A stretch of 64,000 nt of DNA, from NCBI GenBank assembly GCA_003151795.1, contig PLYL01000005.1:1011-65010 (forward strand), written 5' to 3'. Below, piece after piece: positions 17,596 to 26,524 of the stretch. This DNA is from Candidatus Yanofskybacteria bacterium (GTDB lineage Bacteria; Patescibacteriota; Minisyncoccia; 2-02-FULL-40-12; GWA2-44-9). Position 1 is the stretch's first letter; each line of letters opens with the position of its first letter. Under the pieces are notes generated by a model. The model saw nothing but the letters and a program-made list of their open reading frames with translations, was not told where the DNA came from and ran no database searches. The position numbers were made by a program, and so were the translations under genes.

Positions 17596-18843
17596 ATGCA
17601 ACTTTCCGATACTATTAAAACCTCGCTCAAGGGCCTCCGCCAATCCAAGACGCGGACGGCCTTGACCATGCTCGGAATTATTATCGGCATCGCGTCGGTG
17701 ATTTTGCTCATGTCGATTGGTCAGTCGGCTCAAGATTATATTTTGGGCCAAGTGCAGGGGATTGGTTCGAACCTTATCTTTGTCATCCCGGGTGGCTCCA
17801 ACAAAAGTTCTCGCCTCGCGTCGCCCGCTTCCGTCCAAGGCATTGTCATCAAAACCCTCAATCAAGCCGACCTTGAAGCCCTGGGCCGTGAAGCCTCCAT
17901 CGCGAACGTCGCGCCAGAAGTGCGAGGCCAAGCTCGCGTCGTGTACGGCAGTAATGACGATTCGGTCACGTTTGACGGCACGACGCCGAATTTCTTCTCG
18001 CTTCGAAATTACACGATTGTGGAAGGCTACCAATTTACGCAAGACGACGTGGATTCATTTAATCATGTCGCGGTCCTGGGTTCGGAGCTCGCCAAGACCT
18101 TATTTGAAAATTTCGACCCTATCGGTAAAAGTATCCGTTTGAATAATTTAAATTTCACCGTGGTTGGCGTGCTGGGTCCGAAAGGCGTGGGACCGGGTGG
18201 TATCGACCAAGATAACATCGTCCTGATGCCGGTGTCGGTCGCGCAGAAGCAGTTACTCGGGATTGATTATTACAATACCATCACCGTGCAGGCGGGGGAT
18301 GCGTATGACATTAATTTTACCAAGGCGCGGGTGACGTCGGTGCTTCGCCAAGACCACGGCATTACCGACCCCAACAAAGACGATTTTACAATTGAGACCC
18401 AAGCTGACGCGGAAGCATTGCTCGGTAGTATTACATCCGTATTAACATTGTTCCTGACCGCGATTGCCTGTATCTCGCTCGTCGTCGGCGGTATCGGCAT
18501 TATGAACATCATGCTCGTGTCGGTCGTAGAACGCACCCGAGAGATTGGCTTGCGCAAAGCCGTCGGCGCGACGGACAAAGATATTATTCAGCAATTTCTA
18601 GTGGAAGCTTTGATGCTGACCTTCTTCGGCGGGCTTGTCGGTATTGCCGTCGGCGCGTTGCTCACCGGCCTTATTTATCTCGGGATTGTTAATTTCACGA
18701 CTGTCGCCTGGACGTTCGCCCTACCGATGACCGCGATTTTGCTCGCCACCGGCGTGTCGATTTTTATCGGCATCGTGTTTGGAATTTATCCGGCCCGCCA
18801 AGCCGCCCGCAAAAGTCCGATTGAGGCGTTGCGTTACGAATAA
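17596..18843 (+). CDS. MacB/FtsX-like ABC permease
   Basis: LTMLGIIIGIASV, VGGIGIMNIMLVSVVERTREIGLRKAVGA and PIEALRYE. Confidence 0.93.
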   Translation: MQLSDTIKTSLKGLRQSKTRTALTMLGIIIGIASVILLMSIGQSAQDYILGQVQGIGSNLIFVIPGGSNKSSRLASPASVQGIVIKTLNQADLEALGREASIANVAPEVRGQARVVYGSNDDSVTFDGTTPNFFSLRNYTIVEGYQFTQDDVDSFNHVAVLGSELAKTLFENFDPIGKSIRLNNLNFTVVGVLGPKGVGPGGIDQDNIVLMPVSVAQKQLLGIDYYNTITVQAGDAYDINFTKARVTSVLRQDHGITDPNKDDFTIETQADAEALLGSITSVLTLFLTAIACISLVVGGIGIMNIMLVSVVERTREIGLRKAVGATDKDIIQQFLVEALMLTFFGGLVGIAVGALLTGLIYLGIVNFTTVAWTFALPMTAILLATGVSIFIGIVFGIYPARQAARKSPIEALRYE

Positions 18844-18941
18844 ATCCGGATAAACTTCTTGTCAGGACTTAGATATTTGTTTAAAATATGTAATATTGGG
18901 GCGGTGTTTTGCGTATACCTAACGCAGTAGAATTATTTAAC

Positions 18942-19475
18942 ATGAAAAAATTCCTCGTATCGGCAATCATTGTCGTAGCTTTTGTGGGCTATTTTTGGTT
19001 CCAGCAACAAAGCCCGCAGGTGGTAGAGATTATTCCAAGCGTCAGCGCGACGCCGACTATAACTCCGCTTCCAACTGCGAATCCGACCGCCCTCCCGACA
19101 ACCAGCGGCATGCCGGTATCGACCGCTTTACCGACTCCAGCGCCAACTCAAAGACCGACCGCGACGCCAACCCCTAAACTGGGCTTATATAAAGACGGCA
19201 CCTATACCAGCCAAGTCGCCGATGCCGGCTATGGCCCCGTCCAGATAAGAGTGACTGTTCAAGGCGGCCAGATGACCAATGTCCAATTCCTGCAATATCC
19301 AACCGATGCCGGGCATAGCCGACAAGTGAGCAGTTATTCGACCCCAATCTTAAGCCAGGAGGCGATTATTGCCCAGAACGCTAATGCTAATGTAGATACC
19401 GTCTCCGGCGCCACCCAAACTTCAGAAGCGTTTATTCAAGCACTCGGCGGACTACTGGCAAGTATTAAAGCGTAA
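18942..19475 (+). CDS. Membrane-anchored FMN-binding (flavinylated) protein
   Basis: TM, PT linker, YKDGTYT..GYGPVQIRV and the flavinylation motif VDTVSGAT. Confidence 0.88.
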   Translation: MKKFLVSAIIVVAFVGYFWFQQQSPQVVEIIPSVSATPTITPLPTANPTALPTTSGMPVSTALPTPAPTQRPTATPTPKLGLYKDGTYTSQVADAGYGPVQIRVTVQGGQMTNVQFLQYPTDAGHSRQVSSYSTPILSQEAIIAQNANANVDTVSGATQTSEAFIQALGGLLASIKA

Positions 19476-19477
19476 TC

Positions 19478-20218
19478 ATGAAGGAGACTCGTATCTTAAT
19501 GGGGATGCCGGTTACTATAGATATTGCCGATATTTCCGCGACGGGCGAGGCCTTGCAAAAGGTCTTTTCCTATTTTGAATACGTTGACCAAAAATTCAGC
19601 ACTTACAAAACCGCCAGCGAAATCAGCCGAATCAATCGCGGGGAACTGGCGCCAGTCGATTATAGCGACGACATGAAAGAAGTTTTTCGGTTGGCCGAAG
19701 AAACCAAACAGCTCACGCGCGAATATTTCAATATCAAAAAGCCCGACGGTTCGTACGACCCGTCAGGTTTGGTGAAAGGCTGGGCGATTTATAGAGCGGC
19801 CGAACTGATTAAAGGTCTGGGCTTTAAAGAATATTACGTCGATGCCGGTGGGGATATCGAAGCCCGAGGCAAGGTTTGGAAAATCGGCATTAAAAATCCG
19901 TTCCAGCAAAAAGAAATCGTCAAGGTATTGTATATTCAAGACCGAGGCGTCGCCACGTCGGGGACTTATATTCGCGGCGACCATATTTACGATCCGACCA
20001 ATAGTGGGACGAATATGGACGAAATCGCGAGCCTGACGATTATCGGGCCCAACGTCTATGAAGCCGACCGGTTCGCGACGGCGGCGTTTGCCATGGGGCA
20101 AGCGGGAATTTATTTTGTTGAAAATTTAGAAGGCTTTGAAGGCTATATGATTGACCAGCACGGCCAAGCCACGATGACCACCGGCTTCGAGGCGTTTACC
20201 AAAGAAGTGCTACAATAA
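19478..20218 (+). CDS. apbE: FAD:protein FMN transferase
   Basis: MGMPV, FSTYK..SEISRIN, DPSGLVKGWA, VDAGGD, VATSG and ADRFATA. Confidence 0.9.
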   Translation: MKETRILMGMPVTIDIADISATGEALQKVFSYFEYVDQKFSTYKTASEISRINRGELAPVDYSDDMKEVFRLAEETKQLTREYFNIKKPDGSYDPSGLVKGWAIYRAAELIKGLGFKEYYVDAGGDIEARGKVWKIGIKNPFQQKEIVKVLYIQDRGVATSGTYIRGDHIYDPTNSGTNMDEIASLTIIGPNVYEADRFATAAFAMGQAGIYFVENLEGFEGYMIDQHGQATMTTGFEAFTKEVLQ

Positions 20219-20222
20219 AATC

Positions 20223-21743
20223 ATGTTTCGATTCATCGACAATCTGCTCAACCGCATCACCATGTACCGCTTGGTGCTGTATTATTTAATTATTTTGTGG
20301 GCGGCGGCTTTTATTTTTTCAATTTTCGGAATTTTAGCATACGAGCCATTTGGCATGGCCATCACGGCGATTATTATTTTATGCGTGTGCTGGCTGGCCA
20401 ATGTCATTCTGGCCGGCGTCTTTGAGGCGCCGGTGAACGTCGAGTCGGTTTATATCACGGCGCTAATTTTAATGCTGATTTTGACGCCGATTAAAGCCGC
20501 CGACCCTTATGGCTACTGGGTCTTTCTCGTGATGGTTTCTTTAGGCGCAATCGCGTCTAAATTCATCTTGGCGATTGGCAAGAAGCACGTCTTCAATCCC
20601 GCCGCTTTCGGGGTGGCCCTAGTCGCTTTCGCCGGCGTCTATTCGGCCAGCTGGTGGCTGGGCACGGCAGTGATGTTGCCGTTTGTCCTGGTGGGCGGAC
20701 TCTTGATTGTGCGGAAGCTTCAGCGGTCGGATTTGGCGTTCAGTTTTATTCTTGCGGCTTTTATATCTATCGCCGTGTCCACGTGGTTGAGGGGATTTGA
20801 TCCGTTCAGCGCGGTTCAGCGCGCGTTTCTACACTCGCCGATATTCTTCTTTGCTTTCGTGATGATTACGGAACCGTTAACCACGCCGCCGACCCGCGCC
20901 CTGCGGATTATCTACGGCTGTTTTGTCGGCGCTTTGTTTTCGCCGGCGATTGGTCTGGCCGGCATTCAATCGACTCCCGAGCTGGCGTTGTTGGTCGGCA
21001 ATGTTTTCTCGTATCTGGCCAGCCCGAAAACCAAGATGATATTAAAGCTGAAAGAAGTGATTCCGACCGGGACCGACTTGTATGATTTTGTCTTTACGCC
21101 CGATAAGAAATTAAAATTTAAAGCCGGGCAATATTTGGAATGGACGCTTGGCCACGATAGCCCCGATTCTCGCGGCAACCGCCGGTATTTTACGATTGCG
21201 TCTGCGCCGTCAGAATCTGATATTCGGATGGGCGTTAAATTTTATCCCAACTCGAGCACCTTCAAGAAAAAATTGGCCGGCCTTAGTGCCGGCGATGTTA
21301 TTGTCGGTTCCCAGCTGGCCGGCGAGTTTACGCTTCCAAAAGATAAAAACAAAAAACTGGTTTTCATCGCCGGCGGAATCGGCGTCACGCCCTTTCGGAG
21401 CATGGTTAAAAATATGCTTGATACAAGGGAACAGCGCGATGTCGTCATGTTTTATTCGGCCCGCACGCCGACCGAGCTGGCCTATCGGGATATTTTTGAC
21501 CAAGCCGTTCGGGAAAAAAGATTAAAAATGGTCTATACTGTCAATGACGCGCCGGCGGGTTGGCGGGGCCTGACCGGCTATATTACCGCCGACATGATTA
21601 TGCGGGAAGCGCCGGACTGCGCTCGGAGATTTTTCTACATCTCCGGGCCGCGGTCGATGGTCGTGATGTTTGAAGATGCCTTGAAAAAGCTCGGCGTGCC
21701 GAAAAACCAGATTAAAACCGACTTCTTCCCCGGCTTCGTATAA
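20223..21743 (+). CDS. NqrB/RnfD-like membrane domain fused to an FNR-type NAD(P)H oxidoreductase
   Basis: KHVFNPAAFG and MITEPLTTP in the TM part; RYFTIAS, IAGGIGVTPF and YISGP in the C-terminal part. Confidence 0.85.
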   Translation: MFRFIDNLLNRITMYRLVLYYLIILWAAAFIFSIFGILAYEPFGMAITAIIILCVCWLANVILAGVFEAPVNVESVYITALILMLILTPIKAADPYGYWVFLVMVSLGAIASKFILAIGKKHVFNPAAFGVALVAFAGVYSASWWLGTAVMLPFVLVGGLLIVRKLQRSDLAFSFILAAFISIAVSTWLRGFDPFSAVQRAFLHSPIFFFAFVMITEPLTTPPTRALRIIYGCFVGALFSPAIGLAGIQSTPELALLVGNVFSYLASPKTKMILKLKEVIPTGTDLYDFVFTPDKKLKFKAGQYLEWTLGHDSPDSRGNRRYFTIASAPSESDIRMGVKFYPNSSTFKKKLAGLSAGDVIVGSQLAGEFTLPKDKNKKLVFIAGGIGVTPFRSMVKNMLDTREQRDVVMFYSARTPTELAYRDIFDQAVREKRLKMVYTVNDAPAGWRGLTGYITADMIMREAPDCARRFFYISGPRSMVVMFEDALKKLGVPKNQIKTDFFPGFV

Positions 21744-21831
21744 CCGCGGCTGAAACGGCCAAAAACATGAAACAAACCGGGTTTTGGTTCGTACTGTACC
21801 CTAAGCCTATAATAGGCTAATATGGATTGTC

Positions 21832-23565
21832 ATGAATAAAATCAAGGCTTTTATCTCCGCCCACAAATTTATCAGCACCCTCATCGCCCTCGTTTTAGTT
21901 ATATTCGTCTATTATAAATACTTCAAAACTTCGGCGATTGTCACCCAATACGCCCTCGCCACGGTTCAACAAGGGACGATTGTGAGTTCTATTTCCGGCA
22001 CGGGCCAAGTTTCCGGTTCTAGCGAAGTGTCCGTCAATCCCAAAGTTTCAGGCACGCTCACCTATGTGGACAGCGCTCTGGAGGGCAAATCGGTCAAAGC
22101 GGGAACCGTCATCGCGACCATTGATTCAACCGATGCCCAAAAAACCTTGCGCGACGCCCAGCTTAATCTTGAAAAACTCCAAGCCACCCAAGTGACCAGC
22201 CAGCCGAAACTGCAAGATTCAATTAATAATGACCAGAACAATCTGGTCAAAAACTATCAAGATGTCTTTGCCGGCGTTTCCGGAGCATTTCTCGATCTTC
22301 CGGGCATCTTCAATGACGCCGACAATGTTTTGTACGCCAATACCTTGAACGGCTCCTGCAAGCCGGATCTTTGTGATTATCAGAATCTGGTTGATTTAAG
22401 CGCCGTAGACAATCTTAATCTGCTTATTACTCAAGCCCAAAGCGATTTTGCCGCCGCGTCCGTTTCTTATACGAAAAATTTTAACGATTACGGCGGAATC
22501 TTATATACCGCGCCTCAAGACCAACTCGATCAGATATTGGCCGAAACGATTGGCTCGACCCAACTTTTATCCCAAAGCATTAAAAGCGAACAAGCCGTCA
22601 TTAATACGGTTATCCAGAATATCCAAACTCAAAATCACGCGACCGTGCCGAGCGCGATTACGGCCCACCAAACCACCTTGGCGTCTGATCTTTCCAAAAT
22701 CAACAACGACCTTTCCTCGCTTCTTAACGTGCAAGGCGTGGTTTTAAGCGACCGCCAAACATTGGCGTCAGACCAGCGCAATCTTGTCTCTGCCCAGCAA
22801 ACCAATCCCCTCGATCTGATTACCCAGCAAAACGCGGTCGCCGATGCCCAGCAAAATCTTTCCTATTATACGGTTCGCGTGCCGATTGACGGCATCGTCG
22901 CCAATATCACGGCTCAACGGGGCGCGAATGCGTCCAGCGGCGGGGCTTTGGCGACGATGGTGTCGCCCCAGCAAATCGCGGACGTAACTCTCAATGAAGT
23001 TGATGTTTCTAAAGTTATGCTTGGCCAGCAGGTCACGCTCACTTTTGACGCTTTGCCCGATTTGACCATGACCGGCAAAGTCATTTCCATCGATACCATC
23101 GGCACGGTCAGCCAAGGCGTCGTTTCCTATGACGTAAAGATTGCTTTTGATATCGCGAACCAAGAGATTAAACCGAGTATGAGCGTCTCGGCGGCGATTA
23201 TCACCCAAGCCAATTCCGACGCCTTGGAAGTCCCGACGAGCGCGGTGAAAATTCAAGGCACGCAATCGTATGTTCAGACGGTGCAACTGCCGGCCACGCT
23301 TATCAGCGCGGGCACCGCGACCGTGGCTTCAACCGTGCTCACGGCCGCGCCTCAAAACCAGATCGTCACGACCGGCATTCAAAGCGATACCATGACCGAA
23401 ATCACCAGCGGTCTTAAAGTCGGCGATATTATCGTCGTCCGAACCATTACCGGCGCCGCTGCTACCACGACTTCCAGCGCCGCCGGCGGTCTGCGCATCC
23501 CTGGCCTCACCGGCGGCACCGGTGGCGGCGCGACCCGGGCGACCACCACCGCCCCAGGAAGATAA
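21832..23565 (+). CDS. Efflux membrane-fusion (MacA-like) adaptor
   Basis: N-terminal TM, coiled coil, VRVPIDGIV and LNEVDVSKV. Confidence 0.85.
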   Translation: MNKIKAFISAHKFISTLIALVLVIFVYYKYFKTSAIVTQYALATVQQGTIVSSISGTGQVSGSSEVSVNPKVSGTLTYVDSALEGKSVKAGTVIATIDSTDAQKTLRDAQLNLEKLQATQVTSQPKLQDSINNDQNNLVKNYQDVFAGVSGAFLDLPGIFNDADNVLYANTLNGSCKPDLCDYQNLVDLSAVDNLNLLITQAQSDFAAASVSYTKNFNDYGGILYTAPQDQLDQILAETIGSTQLLSQSIKSEQAVINTVIQNIQTQNHATVPSAITAHQTTLASDLSKINNDLSSLLNVQGVVLSDRQTLASDQRNLVSAQQTNPLDLITQQNAVADAQQNLSYYTVRVPIDGIVANITAQRGANASSGGALATMVSPQQIADVTLNEVDVSKVMLGQQVTLTFDALPDLTMTGKVISIDTIGTVSQGVVSYDVKIAFDIANQEIKPSMSVSAAIITQANSDALEVPTSAVKIQGTQSYVQTVQLPATLISAGTATVASTVLTAAPQNQIVTTGIQSDTMTEITSGLKVGDIIVVRTITGAAATTTSSAAGGLRIPGLTGGTGGGATRATTTAPGR

Positions 23566-23568
23566 TCT

Positions 23569-24282
23569 ATGATTAAATGTACGGATATCGAAAAAATTTA
23601 CCACGATGGCGGCGATCCCACCGTGGCTCTGAAGAATATTTCTTTTACGATTGAGAAAGGCGAGTTCGTGGCCATTATCGGGCCGTCCGGTTCGGGCAAA
23701 TCAACCCTGATGCATATTCTGGGCGCGCTCGATTCTCCGACCAACGGCATTTATGAGCTCGATGGCAAAAACGTTTCAGCGCTGTCGGAAGAACAGCTGG
23801 CCGATATCAGAAAAAAGAAAATAGGATTTGTGTTTCAGTCGTTTAATCTGTTGCCTCGGGCGACAGTGCTGCGCAACGTCGCTCTGCCGCTGGTGTACGC
23901 CGACGTTCCGGAAGAAGAACGCCTGGCACGTGCCCGCCAAGCCTTGTTGAGCGCCGGCATGGATGAATCAAGGTTCGACCATCTTTCCAACCAATTATCG
24001 GGCGGCCAGATGCAAAGAGTCGCCATCGCCCGCGCCCTGGTGAATGACCCGGCCCTGATTTTGGCCGACGAGCCGACCGGAAATTTGGATTCCAGAACCG
24101 GCGAAATTGTGCTCGACACGTTTCAAAGGCTGAACCGGGAACTGGGGCGCACGATTATTTTGATTACGCACGAGCCGTACGTCGCCGAACACGCCGACCG
24201 CATTATCACGGTCAAAGACGGGATGATTACCAGCGACGTCAAAAATTTGCATAAACGAATCATCAATCACCATGACGCTTAA
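23569..24282 (+). CDS. ABC transporter ATP-binding protein (MacB/LolD-like)
   Basis: [24 protein letters not shown] and ADEPTGNLD. Confidence 0.93.
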   Translation: MIKCTDIEKIYHDGGDPTVALKNISFTIEKGEFVAIIGPSGSGKSTLMHILGALDSPTNGIYELDGKNVSALSEEQLADIRKKKIGFVFQSFNLLPRATVLRNVALPLVYADVPEEERLARARQALLSAGMDESRFDHLSNQLSGGQMQRVAIARALVNDPALILADEPTGNLDSRTGEIVLDTFQRLNRELGRTIILITHEPYVAEHADRIITVKDGMITSDVKNLHKRIINHHDA

Positions 24283-25495
24283 AGATTTATTTCAAGAGAC
24301 TTTTTCCGCGATTACGGTCAATAAAGTCCGGTCCGGCTTGACCGTGCTCGGGATTGTCATCGGCATCGCCTCGGTCATCGGTTTGGTCTCCATCGGCCAA
24401 GGCGCCCAAAATAGCATCTCCGCCAGCATCCAATCAATCGGCTCGAATCTGATTATTGTCACGCCGGGCGCCGCGCGCGGGGCGGGCGTGCAGTTCAGCG
24501 CCGGCCGGGGCAGCGCCCAAACGCTGACCCAAGCCGATGCCGACGCGATTAAAGCTACCGTAACTGAAGTCGCGGGCATCGCGCCCGAAGTTTCCCGCCG
24601 CTACCAAGTCATCGCCGGCGGGCTGAATACGAACACGAGCGTCATCGGCACCGTGGCGGATTATACCAATGTCCATAATTTTCAAATGGATGAAGGGTCA
24701 TTCATCACTGACCAGCAGGTCCAAAGCGTCGCCAAAGTGGCCGTGCTCGGCCCGACGACGCGAGACGATTTATTCGGCGTCGGTTCGGAAGCGCTCGGCC
24801 AGAAAATTAAAATCAACAAAATAGAATTTACCGTCATCGGCACGACAATTGCCAAAGGCGGTTCCGGTTTCACGAATCCGGACGACGCAATTTATGTCCC
24901 AATCTCGACCGCCCAGCATTATCTGGCCGGCGGGAATTACGTGACGGGGATTGATTTGTCGGCGGTGAGCCAGCCGGCGATGGTTGACGTCCAAAATCAG
25001 GTTACTAGTTTATTGCTCCAGCGCCATAATATTTCCGATCCGACCCTGGCTGATTTCAGCGTCATGAACCAGAATGACATTACTTCGGCCGCGTCCAGCA
25101 TCACTAACACCTTTACCCTTCTTCTGGCCGCCATCGCCGGTATTTCGCTCGTCGTCGGCGGAATCGGCATCATGAACATGATGCTCACGAGCGTCACCGA
25201 ACGGACGCGTGAAATCGGCTTGCGCAAAGCCATCGGCGCGACGCCGAAAGATATTTCTCTCCAATTTTTAACCGAATCAGTGATGCTGACATTTTTCGGC
25301 GGGGCCATCGGCGTTGCCATCGGCTGGGGTATTTCCCTTCTCGCCGGCCATTTCTTGAGCCTGAATACTTCCGTAACATTATCTTCCGTCGCACTGGCTT
25401 TTGGCGTTTCGGCCGGTATCGGGATTGTTTTCGGTTATTACCCTTCGCGTCGTGCCGCCGGTCTTAATCCCATTGAGGCATTGCGTTACGAATAA
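24272..25495 (+). CDS. MacB/FtsX-like ABC permease
   Basis: VGGIGIMNMMLTSVTERTREIGLRKAIGA and PIEALRYE. Confidence 0.93.
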   Translation: MTLKDLFQETFSAITVNKVRSGLTVLGIVIGIASVIGLVSIGQGAQNSISASIQSIGSNLIIVTPGAARGAGVQFSAGRGSAQTLTQADADAIKATVTEVAGIAPEVSRRYQVIAGGLNTNTSVIGTVADYTNVHNFQMDEGSFITDQQVQSVAKVAVLGPTTRDDLFGVGSEALGQKIKINKIEFTVIGTTIAKGGSGFTNPDDAIYVPISTAQHYLAGGNYVTGIDLSAVSQPAMVDVQNQVTSLLLQRHNISDPTLADFSVMNQNDITSAASSITNTFTLLLAAIAGISLVVGGIGIMNMMLTSVTERTREIGLRKAIGATPKDISLQFLTESVMLTFFGGAIGVAIGWGISLLAGHFLSLNTSVTLSSVALAFGVSAGIGIVFGYYPSRRAAGLNPIEALRYE

Positions 25496-25496
25496 T

Positions 25497-25630
25497 CCCG
25501 CACATAACGAGCAGAAGTCTCTGTTGTGGGCGATGGTTAAAGTTTTATAAAATAATTTTTCGGGCACTAGGATATTGGTTCTGGCTATATATGTAGCGAG
25601 ACCAGAAGCCCACTGCTCGTTATGTGCGGG
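25497..25630. mobile_element. MITE-like element, CCCGCACATAAC family
   Basis: Perfect inverted repeat atcccgcacataacgagcag (25495-25514) / ctgctcgttatgtgcgggat (25613-25632); flanks AATAAT / ATGAAT. Confidence 0.7.
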
Positions 25631-26041
25631 ATGAATAAAAACATAGCGATAGTATTGATGGTTGTATTCGCGGGAGCGGGATTTTATGGCGGGATGAAGT
25701 ATCAGCAAGGTCAAACTCCGGATCGCGGTACGGGCACGTTTGCCGGCCGCACGGGCGGGACAGGCCGTGGCGGCGTCGCTTTCAACGGCACCTTCGGGCA
25801 AGTCATCGCCAAGACCGCTACGACCATCACGGTTCAGTTGGCGGACGGCAGTTCGCGTATTGTCTTTATATCCGCGACGACTCCCGTAGCGAAGCAGGCG
25901 TCCGGCACCTTGAATGACGTCGCCGTCGGCACCAATATCGCCGTGACGGGCACGAGCAACAGCGATGGCAGTGTCACCGCGTCTCAAATTCAAATCCGTC
26001 CCGCCGGCACGCCCCGTCCCAGTCCCTCGCCGACGCCGTAA
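25631..26041 (+). CDS. Membrane-anchored OB-fold-like (DUF5666-like) protein
   Basis: AGAGFYGGMKYQ, Gly-rich linker, ITVQLADGSSRIV and GSVTASQIQI. Confidence 0.7.
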   Translation: MNKNIAIVLMVVFAGAGFYGGMKYQQGQTPDRGTGTFAGRTGGTGRGGVAFNGTFGQVIAKTATTITVQLADGSSRIVFISATTPVAKQASGTLNDVAVGTNIAVTGTSNSDGSVTASQIQIRPAGTPRPSPSPTP

Positions 26042-26045
26042 TTTT

Positions 26046-26112
26046 AACCCGTTCAAGATCTCGCCCGCTTTGAGCGGTCGTAGACCTTGGGCGAGGAATC
26101 TTGAATCGGGTT
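26046..26112. repeat. Branched hairpin element with ACCCG...CGGGT ends
   Basis: aacccg-ttcaagat/atcttgaa-t-cgggtt outer stem, ctcgccc/gggcgag inner stem; the right end overlaps a TTGACT -35 box. Confidence 0.55.
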
Positions 26113-26169
26113 GACTTTTTCTTGAGAAGGCCTAGAATCTAACCCATTGTACTTTAGGAGGATTGAGTC

Positions 26170-26289
26170 ATGGATTGTCCGTATTGTAATGGTTCTGGAA
26201 AGAAAACCTTCTTTGTGTTCTTTGAACTGGACTGTGGTAGATGCAGTGGCACTGGCCAGAAGCTGGACATGACCCCCAGTCAAACGTGA
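26170..26289 (+). CDS. Zinc-finger microprotein with two CxxCxGxG motifs (possibly frameshifted; not in the ORF track)
   Basis: TTGACT-16-TAGAAT promoter, AGGAGG SD, MDCPYCNGSGKKTFFVFFELDCGRCSGTGQKLDMTPSQT. Confidence 0.6.
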   Translation: MDCPYCNGSGKKTFFVFFELDCGRCSGTGQKLDMTPSQT

Positions 26290-26439
26290 TCCCAATGATC
26301 ACGTGCCGAGCAAGAAAGAAACCCGCGCGGCCGAAAACATCGAGGTTCCGGCGAACCGGAAATCCAGGCTCATCCCGGGTGTCAAAACCGACTCCAAGCA
26401 CAACATGTAGCACTGGCGAGTTCTGTCCAGGGATGAAGT

Positions 26440-26472
26440 GGCGGCGCGTTCAACGCGCCGCCTTTACTTTTT
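26440..26472 (+). terminator. Rho-independent terminator
   Basis: ggcggcgcgtt-c-aacgcgccgcc followed by tttacttttt. Confidence 0.75.
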
Positions 26473-26524
26473 CCTCCCGAGTTTTATGATGCCCCAGGCC
26501 TAAACTTCTTTAAATTACAACAGA

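Noticed and set aside
25379-26056. Long antisense and alternate-frame ORFs in the track (e.g. 25379-26056, 17497-18042, 22768-23286, 44865-45359, 61891-62271)
   Set aside because: They overlap well-supported genes and have no motifs; shadows of codon bias.
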